Virus record (IMG/VR): IMGVR_UViG_3300036766_002280
Location: 1 to 54,802 of that record
Source of the DNA: a virus
Lineage: Duplodnaviria > Heunggongvirae > Uroviricota > Caudoviricetes
Reading direction: 5' to 3' (one strand)
DNA: 54,802 nucleotides
The number at the start of each line of letters is the position of its first letter. The first letter of the stretch is position 1. This document shows positions 46,595 through 54,802 of this stretch, in pieces. The notes under the pieces were generated by a model, which saw nothing but the letters and a program-made list of their open reading frames with translations, searched no databases and was not told the DNA's origin. The position numbers were made by a program, and so were the translations under genes.

Positions 46595-48451
46595 ATGGAA
46601 TTAACTAATTTACAAAAACTTAGGGCTAAAATTATAGCAGCAAATAAAGCCTATCGCTTTGGTCATCCTATTATATCAGATTACGAATTCGATAACCTTA
46701 TGGACGATCTTGCAGAACAGGATCCACACGATGATCTTATTTTTCAAGTTGGTTTCGTTAACGAAAAAGATAGTCGTAAAGAAAAGCTTCCGATCGAGAT
46801 GGCATCGATGAACAAAGTCAAAACTGTCGAAGAGCTCAATAAATGGATGGAGTTGAAGGGCATTCCTGTCAATACCAAATTGATTCTTACACCGAAGTAC
46901 GACGGTGCTTCTTTTTGTGTAGTAGAAGAAAAACAAATGGCATACACAAGAGGAAATGGTTATATCGGACAAAGAAGTGATGCTCATTTAAAAGTTTTGA
47001 ATGGTGGAAAACTTCCCGTAAGTTTTTACAAGGGTCTGATCACTGTAGGGGAAGTTATTCTTCCAACAAACAAGTGGTCGAACTGGTCAGAGGACTATGC
47101 AAATCCACGCAATATGGCGGCAGGGCAGTTAAATTCTGATGAACCTGGCCAGGAGTTAGAAGATTGTGTTTATATTCGGTACGGAACCAACCTCGAGCAT
47201 CTCGATAAGATTTCTCAGTTAGAACATTGCAATTCTATGAACTTTATAAAAGTTCCTTACCTTGCTACTACGATCCAGATTATCACAGAAGATTCCTTAA
47301 AACAGCTTTTTGAAAACTGGAGAAAAGATTTTGATATCGATGGTATCATTGTCGAGGTAAACGATCCAGAATTAAGAAAATCTTTAGGTCGGGAAAGATC
47401 TGGAAATCCTGCGTACGCAAGAGCTTATAAAGGAAATTTCGAAGAGGTCAAGAACACAACTGTTTTAAAGGTTGAGTGGAATGTTTCTAAGCAAGGATAT
47501 CTTAAGCCTTTAGCCCATGTGGAATTGGTTAATCTCGATGGGGCCAACGTCCAACGGGTTACTCTGTTTAATGCTAAGTTTGTTCAAGACATGGGAATAG
47601 GGGTGGGAGCAGTTCTCAAAATCAAGCGCAGTGGACAGGTTATTCCTTTTGTTATTAGCGTGATCAGCCACGGTCCTAGTACTAATTACGATATGCCTTT
47701 TACCTGCCCTTCATGTGGGAGCGACGTAAAAGGGAATGAGAATGGAGTCGAACTGGTTTGTTTCAATGATGATTGTGGAGCCAGGAGGGTAAACAAGATT
47801 ATTTCTTTCTTTGCTATTCTTGGAGTGGAAAATGCAGGTGAAGGAGTTTTCACAGCTCTTTATAATGCTGGTTACAATACAGTAGAAAGAATTCTATCGA
47901 TGAAGAAAACTCATTTTATGGGCTTGGAAGGGTTTGGTGAACGCAAGGCTGACATAGTTTTTAAGGCCATCCAAGAAAAAATGAAAGACGTAAGTTTAAG
48001 TAAGCTTCAGCATGCATCCGGAATATTTAAGATTCTTGGATCTAAGAAGCTCGTGTTGTTGGAAGACTTTTATGAGAAAAATCCAACAGTTGAGGACATT
48101 CTGAAGGTTGGAGGATTCGCCGAGAAGTCAGCCGCAGATTATCTTCAAGGAATGCCGAAGTTTAAAGCGTTTATAGAAAATCTTCCAATTACTATTAAGA
48201 AGGAGGTTAAAGTGGATCTTAGAACAAACAAATACGAAGGTATGGTTGTAGTCTTTACTGGTTTTAGAAGTAAGGAAGCCGAACAGATAATTGTTGAGAA
48301 TGGTGGCAAGATCGGCAGCTCAGTTTCAAAGGCAACAACGCATTTAGTGATAAAAGAAAAAGGATCTGGGTCAGCAAAGGAACAGAAAGCTATCGACCTT
48401 GGAATTAAGATTTGGAACGCCGAAGAGTTTAAAGATTTCTTATCTAAATAA
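46595..48451 (+). CDS. ligA: NAD-dependent DNA ligase
   Basis: Adenylation motif 'TPKYDG'; 'YTRGNG'; 'DIDGIIV'; OB domain 'RSGQVIP'; zinc finger 'CPSCG...CFNDDC'; C-terminal BRCT 'VVVFTG...GGKIGSSVSKATTHLV'. Confidence 0.95.
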   Translation: MELTNLQKLRAKIIAANKAYRFGHPIISDYEFDNLMDDLAEQDPHDDLIFQVGFVNEKDSRKEKLPIEMASMNKVKTVEELNKWMELKGIPVNTKLILTPKYDGASFCVVEEKQMAYTRGNGYIGQRSDAHLKVLNGGKLPVSFYKGLITVGEVILPTNKWSNWSEDYANPRNMAAGQLNSDEPGQELEDCVYIRYGTNLEHLDKISQLEHCNSMNFIKVPYLATTIQIITEDSLKQLFENWRKDFDIDGIIVEVNDPELRKSLGRERSGNPAYARAYKGNFEEVKNTTVLKVEWNVSKQGYLKPLAHVELVNLDGANVQRVTLFNAKFVQDMGIGVGAVLKIKRSGQVIPFVISVISHGPSTNYDMPFTCPSCGSDVKGNENGVELVCFNDDCGARRVNKIISFFAILGVENAGEGVFTALYNAGYNTVERILSMKKTHFMGLEGFGERKADIVFKAIQEKMKDVSLSKLQHASGIFKILGSKKLVLLEDFYEKNPTVEDILKVGGFAEKSAADYLQGMPKFKAFIENLPITIKKEVKVDLRTNKYEGMVVVFTGFRSKEAEQIIVENGGKIGSSVSKATTHLVIKEKGSGSAKEQKAIDLGIKIWNAEEFKDFLSK

Positions 48452-48467
48452 AAAGGAAGGAAAACAA

Positions 48468-48644
48468 ATGGACAATGACAATGGTTATTTTTGTACAAGG
48501 TGCAAGGAAGTAACAACCAAAGGAGTTTCAGCAACAGTACAACCATCCGAATGTGGTCCTATTACTTTTTTGGTTTGTCCACGTTGTAAAGACGAAATGC
48601 GTTTAGCAGGAGAGTTAATAGCAGACATCATCGTAAGAAAATAA
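48468..48644 (+). CDS. Small zinc-ribbon protein (58 aa)
   Basis: CxxC...CxxC ('CTRC', 'CPRC'); ATG 48468 after AAGGAAGG. Confidence 0.55.
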   Translation: MDNDNGYFCTRCKEVTTKGVSATVQPSECGPITFLVCPRCKDEMRLAGELIADIIVRK

Positions 48645-48699
48645 TACCCCACTAAAATTTTTTGTAATTCTTTCCAAACTACGGTATATATCTTTGTAG

Positions 48700-49710
48700 A
48701 TGTTAATCATCAAACAAGGAGTGTATCGTATGTTTCTAGACCAGCAAATCCCAGTAAGTAAACTCGTACAAGTCATTCCTAAGCTAGGTAATACTGGAAT
48801 GAATTCTATTGCCTATCATCTTCAGCTTCCAAACAAAGTAGTTTCTTCTTTATCGGAACAAGATCTTTTATCCGTTGTTCTGTCCGAGATCGAAAAAAGA
48901 AAACCAAATGAAGTATGTCTATTTCGTACCTTCAACGACCATCCAGTCGGCATTCCAAGAGGTTTATCGGCCACAGATTTAAATAAGGTGTTGGAACGAT
49001 TTGGAAGTCTAGTCACCATGGATGCCCCTTACACTTTATTTTCCTACCATAGAAAAATTGATCAGGAATTTGAACTGTTAAAAAATGATGCCTTTAAAAT
49101 GAACTACAGTGCTGTTATAAGCACCTTGACATCAAAAGTGGATCAACGAGCAGAATTATTACGCATGTTTTGTACCAATAGATCTATGATTCCAGTTCGT
49201 GGATTTACCAGAAGATGCAGCCTTGCCACTTTTGATTCTTCTTTCGCTATTTTTAATGAAAAACGAAATGATTTAATTGAGAAGGTCAAGAACGTGTTGA
49301 ACGTTGCTTTAAGTAAGAAAGCAGATGTTACGGATCTTCGAATTGTATCTAACATTGCAGGAAAGTTAGATAACGCAGAACTTAAAAGTTATACGAAACA
49401 AAAACTTACAGACGTGATCAATAAGTATGAAATTCCCATTACTAAAAAGAATGATGGTGGTAGCTCATTTAATCTGTTTTTACTTCCTCTCTCGTGGCAG
49501 AAAACAGCATTGCTGGACGATTCTGTTTATGATGTATGGAATTCTACTACTTCTGAGATCTCAAAATTTGAGACACTAAAAAATCAAACTCCAGAAGTAT
49601 TATTGGAATCTCATATTAAGGCTTCTAAATTAATTGAGTTCAAAACATCGGAGATACTAACGGCAAAGAAAAGAAACTCAACAATCACAGGTGTTGCCGT
49701 ACAGAAATAA
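48700..49710 (+). CDS. Hypothetical helical protein (alternative start 48730)
   Basis: Long ORF; AAGGAG precedes ATG 48730. Confidence 0.6.
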   Translation: MLIIKQGVYRMFLDQQIPVSKLVQVIPKLGNTGMNSIAYHLQLPNKVVSSLSEQDLLSVVLSEIEKRKPNEVCLFRTFNDHPVGIPRGLSATDLNKVLERFGSLVTMDAPYTLFSYHRKIDQEFELLKNDAFKMNYSAVISTLTSKVDQRAELLRMFCTNRSMIPVRGFTRRCSLATFDSSFAIFNEKRNDLIEKVKNVLNVALSKKADVTDLRIVSNIAGKLDNAELKSYTKQKLTDVINKYEIPITKKNDGGSSFNLFLLPLSWQKTALLDDSVYDVWNSTTSEISKFETLKNQTPEVLLESHIKASKLIEFKTSEILTAKKRNSTITGVAVQK

Positions 49711-49717
49711 ATAACGA

Positions 49718-49888
49718 ATGAATGACTTAGAAAAACAAAAAATTTTGATACAGTGGGCTACTAAAAGTTACTTCGTCTGTGATAAATGTTTTAACATAGT
49801 AGCAAAGTGGGACTGCGAAATTTTCAACGGGCAAGATCTTTGTGGCTCTTGTTTTTACAAACAAAGAGAAACGAATACCGAACATTGA
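49718..49888 (+). CDS. Small zinc-finger protein (56 aa; below the ORF-track cutoff)
   Basis: MNDLEKQK...VCDKC...LCGSCFYKQ...; fills the gap between genes. Confidence 0.5.
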   Translation: MNDLEKQKILIQWATKSYFVCDKCFNIVAKWDCEIFNGQDLCGSCFYKQRETNTEH

Positions 49889-49962
49889 AACCCTAGAAAA
49901 GATTCAGATCAAAATATTTGATTTTTGAAAATTGTAAAGGTAAAAATCAGTATATAACGATT

Positions 49963-50607
49963 ATGGGCAAATTCATAGACATGATAGGACATGTTTTTGA
50001 TAGATTAACTGTATTGTCCTTCAGTCATTATGATAAATGGGGAAATGCCTGCTGGCTGTGTCGCTGTCTCTGCGGCACAGAAGTCATTGTCGCAGGGCAC
50101 AGTCTTCGAGATGGAGATACTAGATCTTGTGGTTGTTTGCGTAGAGAACTTCGTACAACCCATGGATTATCATCGCATCCACTTTATAATGTTTGGGGGA
50201 TGATGAATGATCGTTGTAATAATTCTAATCATGATGAATACCACAACTATGGTGGCCGAGCTGTTCCGATCGCTGTCTGCGATCGATGGCATCGTGACAA
50301 CATCGATGGACTGCAAAACTTCATTACGGACATGTACGATACATACAAAGTAGGCCTGACTATTGAACGAACAGAAAACAACTCAGACTATTGTAAATCA
50401 AACTGCACCTGGGCCACCATGAAAGAACAATCTAATAATACAAGAAGTACAAGATTTATTGCCTACCAAGGCAGAGAAATAACTTTAACTCAGTTGATAG
50501 ACATAACAGGTACGACAATTCCCAGACAGATTTTGTATGATAGATTCTTTGTACGAAAATGGCCTATCGAGAAAGCATTGACAACTCCAGTTAGGAAAAG
50601 GATTTGA
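49963..50607 (+). CDS. HNH-type homing endonuclease-like protein, paralog 2
   Basis: Same motifs as 40437..41114 with long identical nucleotide tracts; ATG 49963 aligns with the paralog's N-terminus. Confidence 0.8.
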   Translation: MGKFIDMIGHVFDRLTVLSFSHYDKWGNACWLCRCLCGTEVIVAGHSLRDGDTRSCGCLRRELRTTHGLSSHPLYNVWGMMNDRCNNSNHDEYHNYGGRAVPIAVCDRWHRDNIDGLQNFITDMYDTYKVGLTIERTENNSDYCKSNCTWATMKEQSNNTRSTRFIAYQGREITLTQLIDITGTTIPRQILYDRFFVRKWPIEKALTTPVRKRI

Positions 50608-51054
50608 ATGAGTGATATCAAGTACATTAAAGGAAATCTATTTGATGCCCCAAAAGGATCGATTTTGATCCATGCTTGTAATTGTGTAGGACTTTGGGGA
50701 AGTGGAATTGCTAGGCAGTTTGCCACTAAATTTCCTAGTTCTTATACAAAGTATCAAAGATTATGTCATAGGCATGGAACAGCAGTTCTTGGAAAATGTC
50801 TTTATATTTCAGAAGATCCTGATTACGATATAGCTTGTTTGATGACGTCAAGAAGCTATGGCAGGAATATAGATCCGCCTGACCAGATCTTAAAAGCTAC
50901 GAAAACAGCAATTCAAGAACTAATTAGTTTTAACGTAAACAATAAAGAACTTCATGCTTGTAAAATTAATTCAGGATTATTCAGAGTGCCATGGGATGAA
51001 ACGGAAGCTATTTTAAAAGAAACAGGAGTACCATTTACAGTATATGAGTTATGA
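50608..51054 (+). CDS. Macrodomain protein (ADP-ribose processing, Poa1p/TARG1/DarG-like)
   Basis: 'IKGNLFDAP...IHACNCVGLWGSGIARQF', 'KINSGLFRVPW'. Confidence 0.85.
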   Translation: MSDIKYIKGNLFDAPKGSILIHACNCVGLWGSGIARQFATKFPSSYTKYQRLCHRHGTAVLGKCLYISEDPDYDIACLMTSRSYGRNIDPPDQILKATKTAIQELISFNVNNKELHACKINSGLFRVPWDETEAILKETGVPFTVYEL

Positions 51055-51730
51055 GGAGTGGCAAATGAATGAAGTAAAACTTACAAAAAATATTCATGAG
51101 AATTTTGATACCCTTTTACTTTTGATTGATACCTTTATAGAAGAAGCTGAGCTCAAAGGCAAATATATTAAAATGCTAACAGAATTAGAACGGGATCAAA
51201 TGCCGGAAGATTCTAAGGTCACTTTTCTAGGTTTTAAACGAGCTCCCGCTGCAAGAGGGTATCACCATAATTTTGAGGGTGGTCTTGTTTATCATCTTAT
51301 AGAAATGTGGAATACTTGGACGATCTGGCGGGATAGTTTTGCTCTAGTTGATAAATGGTTTATTACGAACGATAGAATTCTCAGAGCCATTATCAATCAC
51401 GACTTGCATAAAGGGTATGCAACATATATTTTAAAAAGGATCCTTCCTTTTGAAACAGAATATGGGCATCATTCTTCTAAAGATTTACTAACAAAAGATA
51501 GTAAATCAATTTCCATATTGTCTAAGTTTGGAATTTCTTTAGATGGAGAAATGATGAATGCTTTGCTATGGGCTGAAGGCGGTTTTGCAATTGTTCAGCC
51601 AGAGGCAAGACCAGCTCTTTCTGTACTTGCCTACCTACTAGACGAATTTTCTGCAAATGTTGTAAATCGGATCGAAAAAGGGACTATGCTAGACGTCGCT
51701 GGCAAGTTAGGAATTTTCAAAAGATTGTAG
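51044..51730 (+). CDS. HD-domain phosphohydrolase (YhaM-like)
   Basis: 'APAARGYHHNFEGGLVYH...RAIINHDLHK'. Confidence 0.8.
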   Translation: MSYEEWQMNEVKLTKNIHENFDTLLLLIDTFIEEAELKGKYIKMLTELERDQMPEDSKVTFLGFKRAPAARGYHHNFEGGLVYHLIEMWNTWTIWRDSFALVDKWFITNDRILRAIINHDLHKGYATYILKRILPFETEYGHHSSKDLLTKDSKSISILSKFGISLDGEMMNALLWAEGGFAIVQPEARPALSVLAYLLDEFSANVVNRIEKGTMLDVAGKLGIFKRL

Positions 51731-51743
51731 GGAGGAAATTCGA

Positions 51744-54569
51744 ATGTGTACGTTAGGAGGGTTTGTAGCTGGAAAAGATGGTAAAGTGGATTCAAGAATT
51801 TTTAATCAAATTCTTAAGAACATGGACCTACGAGGTAGAGATGCCTTTGGGGTAGTTCTAAAAAGCTCTGGTCTAGAAACAATAAAATTTGTTTGTGACA
51901 ATGTAAAAGATCTTATTGCTAATTTCAACCAGCCGATGGATCTAGGCACTCTTGAGTTTGTATCTATGACAGGAAGAGCTATACCTGCTGCAGAACGTGT
52001 AATGGGAACTATCAATGTTAAGCGAGATACCCAGCCTTTTGTGTACAAAGATTTTATCGTATCTCATAATGGATTACTGAGCAATGATGATATACTAAGA
52101 TCGTCTTTCAATATTACAACGGAGTCTCCTGTTGATACAGCAATCATTCCTCGTCTGATAGATTTTTTCAAAGATAATTATTACAGCAATACGACTATGC
52201 ATGTTATCAATAACGTAATCAAAGGATCTTATGCTTTAAGTGTTATTGATACGGACAAAGACAAAATTACTTTGGCAACTAATTTTATGCCTCTTTATTA
52301 TCAGTTTCATCATAATGTTTTGTACTGGGCATCAGATCCAAAGCAATTACCAAATGGTAAACAGCTTGATTATTATTCTGCGTTAGAATGGTATTGGAAT
52401 TCTTTATCAATCGATGGGTATTCTGTTCATTCAAATTATTCCCTACATAATAAGTTGGATTCAAATAAGGTGCTTGTGATTTGTTCTGGTGGGTTAGATA
52501 GTGTTACTACGTTAAAATTGTACAAGACGCTTGGGCTCAATGTAACGATGGTTCATTTTAGGTATGGACAAGCTGCAGAAGAGGCGGAAGAATGGTCTAC
52601 TGCAAAAATTGCAAAAATAGTCGGAGTAGAAAGAATTGTTCTAGATGTAAAGGATTTGTTCGGCCACACTATTCCAAGCGTACTTCTCGGAAACAAAACG
52701 ATTGAACATGACCGTCAACTGGATATGGAGTCAACTTTAAGTTACGTGGGCTGCCGTAATTTGTTGTTTACTTCGATCACTATGGGGTTAGCTGAGAAAC
52801 TTGGAGCTGGGAAAATTAGTTTGGGCTTGAACTTAGATGACAGTGTTTTTGGAAGTACCCAATTTTTAATAAGACACGAAGATAAAATTGTTAGAAAGAC
52901 TATAGCAGAGATAGAATCAGAAAATTTAACTAATCTAAGTGTTTTATCGATGAATAGAGAAAACTATAAACTAGAAGAGAAAAAGATAACAAAGGTCTGG
53001 AAACATTCTGTTAAGAAAAAAGCATTTGAAATTAGAACAAAAAATAATGTTGTATTAAAAATATCAGAAAGTCATGGTATTTTTAAGTTAAACTGCAGTT
53101 CTTTTAAAATTGAATCTGTTTGTGGGAAAAATATAGTAGTTGGCGATTATCTGATTATGTCTAAAAATCAGTTAGTAAATTCGTCGGATACTTATTTTAA
53201 GGATCAGCTTGTTGAGGTTAGATCCAAATCGGTTGTTTATTCAGTTCCTTTAACTTCTACCGTTTTAGAATTTTTAGGATTATGGATTGCTGATGGATGT
53301 TATGATAGCCACAGCGTGAAAATCAGCTGCAACAAAAAAGAATTTGATACCGAATGGTGGGATAGGTTAATTAAAGATTTGCAGATCAGATCCTATACTA
53401 CCCAGGAAATAAATAATTCAATCGATGGAACTATTAATAGTGTTAAATTAAAACGATGGATGGAGCAATCTGGTTTTGAAGGTTATAGTCATACAAAAAT
53501 AGTTCCTGAATGGATATACAATTTGACATCTAAACAGATTTCGAGTTTTTTAAGAGGATATTTTAGTGGAGATGGATGTGTTTGTAGTAGAAGTAAAACT
53601 ATTCAAGCAAGCAGTGTATCTTCTGGGTTGATTCAGGGCATAAGAAGTTTACTTCTTCAGTTAGGTATTTTTTCAACGATATATGATGGTATTGAAGGAG
53701 GGCCAGGATATATTTTTAATAAAATATATCAACTTAAAAAAAGTTATGAGCTAGTTATAAGAGGTATAGATAATATTAAAAATTTTAAAAATATTGGATT
53801 TTTGCAAGTAGAGAAAAATAATAAAGTATTAAAAACTTCAAATTTAATTATTCAAGATCATTTTCATAAAATCCCAGTAGCAAAAGAAGTTTTAAAAAAA
53901 GTACGAAGTCAAAAAGGTTTGTTTAGTAAGTTACCTTATTTAGCAAATTTGTATGAGCAAGTAGGAATTAATAGAAATCATTTAAGAACTATTAGTAAGT
54001 TAATTAATAATAAAAACTTAGAGATTTTAGCTGACAGTGAAGTTTATTTTGTGCCAGTAATATCTGTTAAAGAAATCCCAATGGAAGAGTACGTTTATGA
54101 CTTTAGCGTAGAGGATAATGAAAACTTTTTCGATGCTAATGGAATTCTTTACCATAATTCCGTGTATTCGGACAACAACATTACCTTTCTACGAGAGTTT
54201 ACAAAATTAAGTGCCTGTTCTATGGATGTAGGCGCCCGAGTAGAAGTTACCGCCCCGTTTGTAAATTTGACAAAAAAAGAGATTTTGGAAATTGCCTTCG
54301 CAATCGGATCTCCCTTAGAATATCAGGTTTCGTGTTATTATCCACAGTTGATCAATGGAAAGATAATGGGTTGTGGGGACTGTGGATGTGACAAATTACG
54401 AGAGTATAGTTTCAAAGCTTTAGGCATCAAAGACCCGGTTGAATACCTTAAACCTATCGATTGGGGAACTTGCAGGTCGATTGAAGAGGTCTATCCTGAT
54501 TATCAAAAACATTTGAATTCTTCTACTCTACCTCCTTCCATTCCTTACTACAAATATTTGAATTTGTAA
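51744..54569 (+). CDS. queC: Glutamine amidotransferase (Ntn, class II)-QueC fusion (GAT-QueC), interrupted by an intein
   Basis: N-terminal 'MCTLGG' (Cys nucleophile after Met removal), 'RGRDAFG', 'DTQPF...VSHNGLL'. QueC PP-loop 'VICSGGLDSVT', 'HFRYGQ', 'YVGCRNL', 'APFVNLTKKEI', 'SCY...CGDCGC'. Confidence 0.9.
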   Translation: MCTLGGFVAGKDGKVDSRIFNQILKNMDLRGRDAFGVVLKSSGLETIKFVCDNVKDLIANFNQPMDLGTLEFVSMTGRAIPAAERVMGTINVKRDTQPFVYKDFIVSHNGLLSNDDILRSSFNITTESPVDTAIIPRLIDFFKDNYYSNTTMHVINNVIKGSYALSVIDTDKDKITLATNFMPLYYQFHHNVLYWASDPKQLPNGKQLDYYSALEWYWNSLSIDGYSVHSNYSLHNKLDSNKVLVICSGGLDSVTTLKLYKTLGLNVTMVHFRYGQAAEEAEEWSTAKIAKIVGVERIVLDVKDLFGHTIPSVLLGNKTIEHDRQLDMESTLSYVGCRNLLFTSITMGLAEKLGAGKISLGLNLDDSVFGSTQFLIRHEDKIVRKTIAEIESENLTNLSVLSMNRENYKLEEKKITKVWKHSVKKKAFEIRTKNNVVLKISESHGIFKLNCSSFKIESVCGKNIVVGDYLIMSKNQLVNSSDTYFKDQLVEVRSKSVVYSVPLTSTVLEFLGLWIADGCYDSHSVKISCNKKEFDTEWWDRLIKDLQIRSYTTQEINNSIDGTINSVKLKRWMEQSGFEGYSHTKIVPEWIYNLTSKQISSFLRGYFSGDGCVCSRSKTIQASSVSSGLIQGIRSLLLQLGIFSTIYDGIEGGPGYIFNKIYQLKKSYELVIRGIDNIKNFKNIGFLQVEKNNKVLKTSNLIIQDHFHKIPVAKEVLKKVRSQKGLFSKLPYLANLYEQVGINRNHLRTISKLINNKNLEILADSEVYFVPVISVKEIPMEEYVYDFSVEDNENFFDANGILYHNSVYSDNNITFLREFTKLSACSMDVGARVEVTAPFVNLTKKEILEIAFAIGSPLEYQVSCYYPQLINGKIMGCGDCGCDKLREYSFKALGIKDPVEYLKPIDWGTCRSIEEVYPDYQKHLNSSTLPPSIPYYKYLNL
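52842..54158 (+). mobile_element. Intein with LAGLIDADG endonuclease (439 aa) in QueC
   Basis: Starts 'SVFGSTQF' (Ser1); block B 'ISESHGIF'; LAGLIDADG motifs 'FLGLWIADG' and 'FLRGYFSGDG'; ends 'YVYDFSV...ANGILYHN', followed by Ser(+1). Confidence 0.92.
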
Positions 54570-54570
54570 T

Positions 54571-54607
54571 CTAGTCTAAAAATAATTTTCTAGTCTAAAA
54601 AGATTTT
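54571..54607 (+). repeat. 19-bp-period direct repeat (CTAGTCTAAAAA x2) directly upstream of promoter copy 4; possible operator
   Basis: Units begin at 54571 and 54590. Confidence 0.6.
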
Positions 54608-54608
54608 C

Positions 54609-54640
54609 CTTGATTTTTGTTTTCTGCTATATTATAATAT
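54609..54640 (+). promoter_or_regulatory. Conserved phage promoter motif (copy 4)
   Basis: TTGATT (54610-15), 17 nt, TATAAT (54633-38). Confidence 0.75.
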
Positions 54641-54694
54641 AGTTATTGAATGAGATTGGGTATAGTAGTCCAACAATAAATAGGAGGATATAAA

Positions 54695-54802
54695 ATGACT
54701 GCAAATGTAGAAAGTATGATGTACGCCAACGCAAAACCATGGCACGGGTTGGGCCAATATGTCGGAGAAAAAGATATCACGGCAAGGGAAGCCATCATCG
54801 CA
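54695..54802 (+). CDS. DUF932-like phage/plasmid protein, 3'-truncated
   Basis: AGGAGG RBS; 'MTANVESMMYANAKPWHGLG' matches the family's N-terminal PWHGLG motif. Confidence 0.7.
   Translation, partial: MTANVESMMYANAKPWHGLGQYVGEKDITAREAIIA

Noticed and set aside
1200-52048. The many 60-165 aa minus-strand ORFs and short alternative-frame plus-strand ORFs in the track
   Set aside because: They lie within or across longer plus-strand genes with clear motifs, lack RBSs and show no recognisable domains; treated as shadow ORFs.
1-54802. Stop-codon reassignment as seen in some large phages
   Set aside because: Genes are intact and tightly packed under code 11, with TAA, TAG and TGA all used as terminators at sensible gene boundaries.

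Overview
This window is part of a large AT-rich dsDNA myovirus (contractile-tailed phage) genome, standard genetic code, with essentially all real genes on the + strand. About 1-34.9 kb is a virion module: large beta-propeller and Ig-rich accessory proteins, neck/tail-completion genes, sheath, tube, a tail assembly chaperone with an unannotated -1 frameshift extension, tape measure, hub, spike, gp25-like wedge, baseplate J and a tail-fibre-like protein. Three free-standing homing-endonuclease-like genes interrupt it. About 38.9-54.8 kb is an early/accessory region: phosphoribosyltransferase, HAD phosphatase, PIN-like protein, DUF2786-like protein, tRNA-Asn(GTT), NAD-dependent DNA ligase, two paralogous HNH genes, macrodomain, HD protein and an intein-split GAT-QueC. 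The standout is at 32.6-38.6 kb. The tail-fibre-like protein ends in a periodic 10-Cys tail (CGCTCTCTGN-CGCTCTCAGD-CGCTG) and is followed immediately by two radical SAM enzymes with SPASM-type Cys motifs, two small unknown proteins and an SDR. This suggests a RiPP-like system that modifies or metallates a virion fibre tip. All product calls come from motif recognition by eye; no database search was run.
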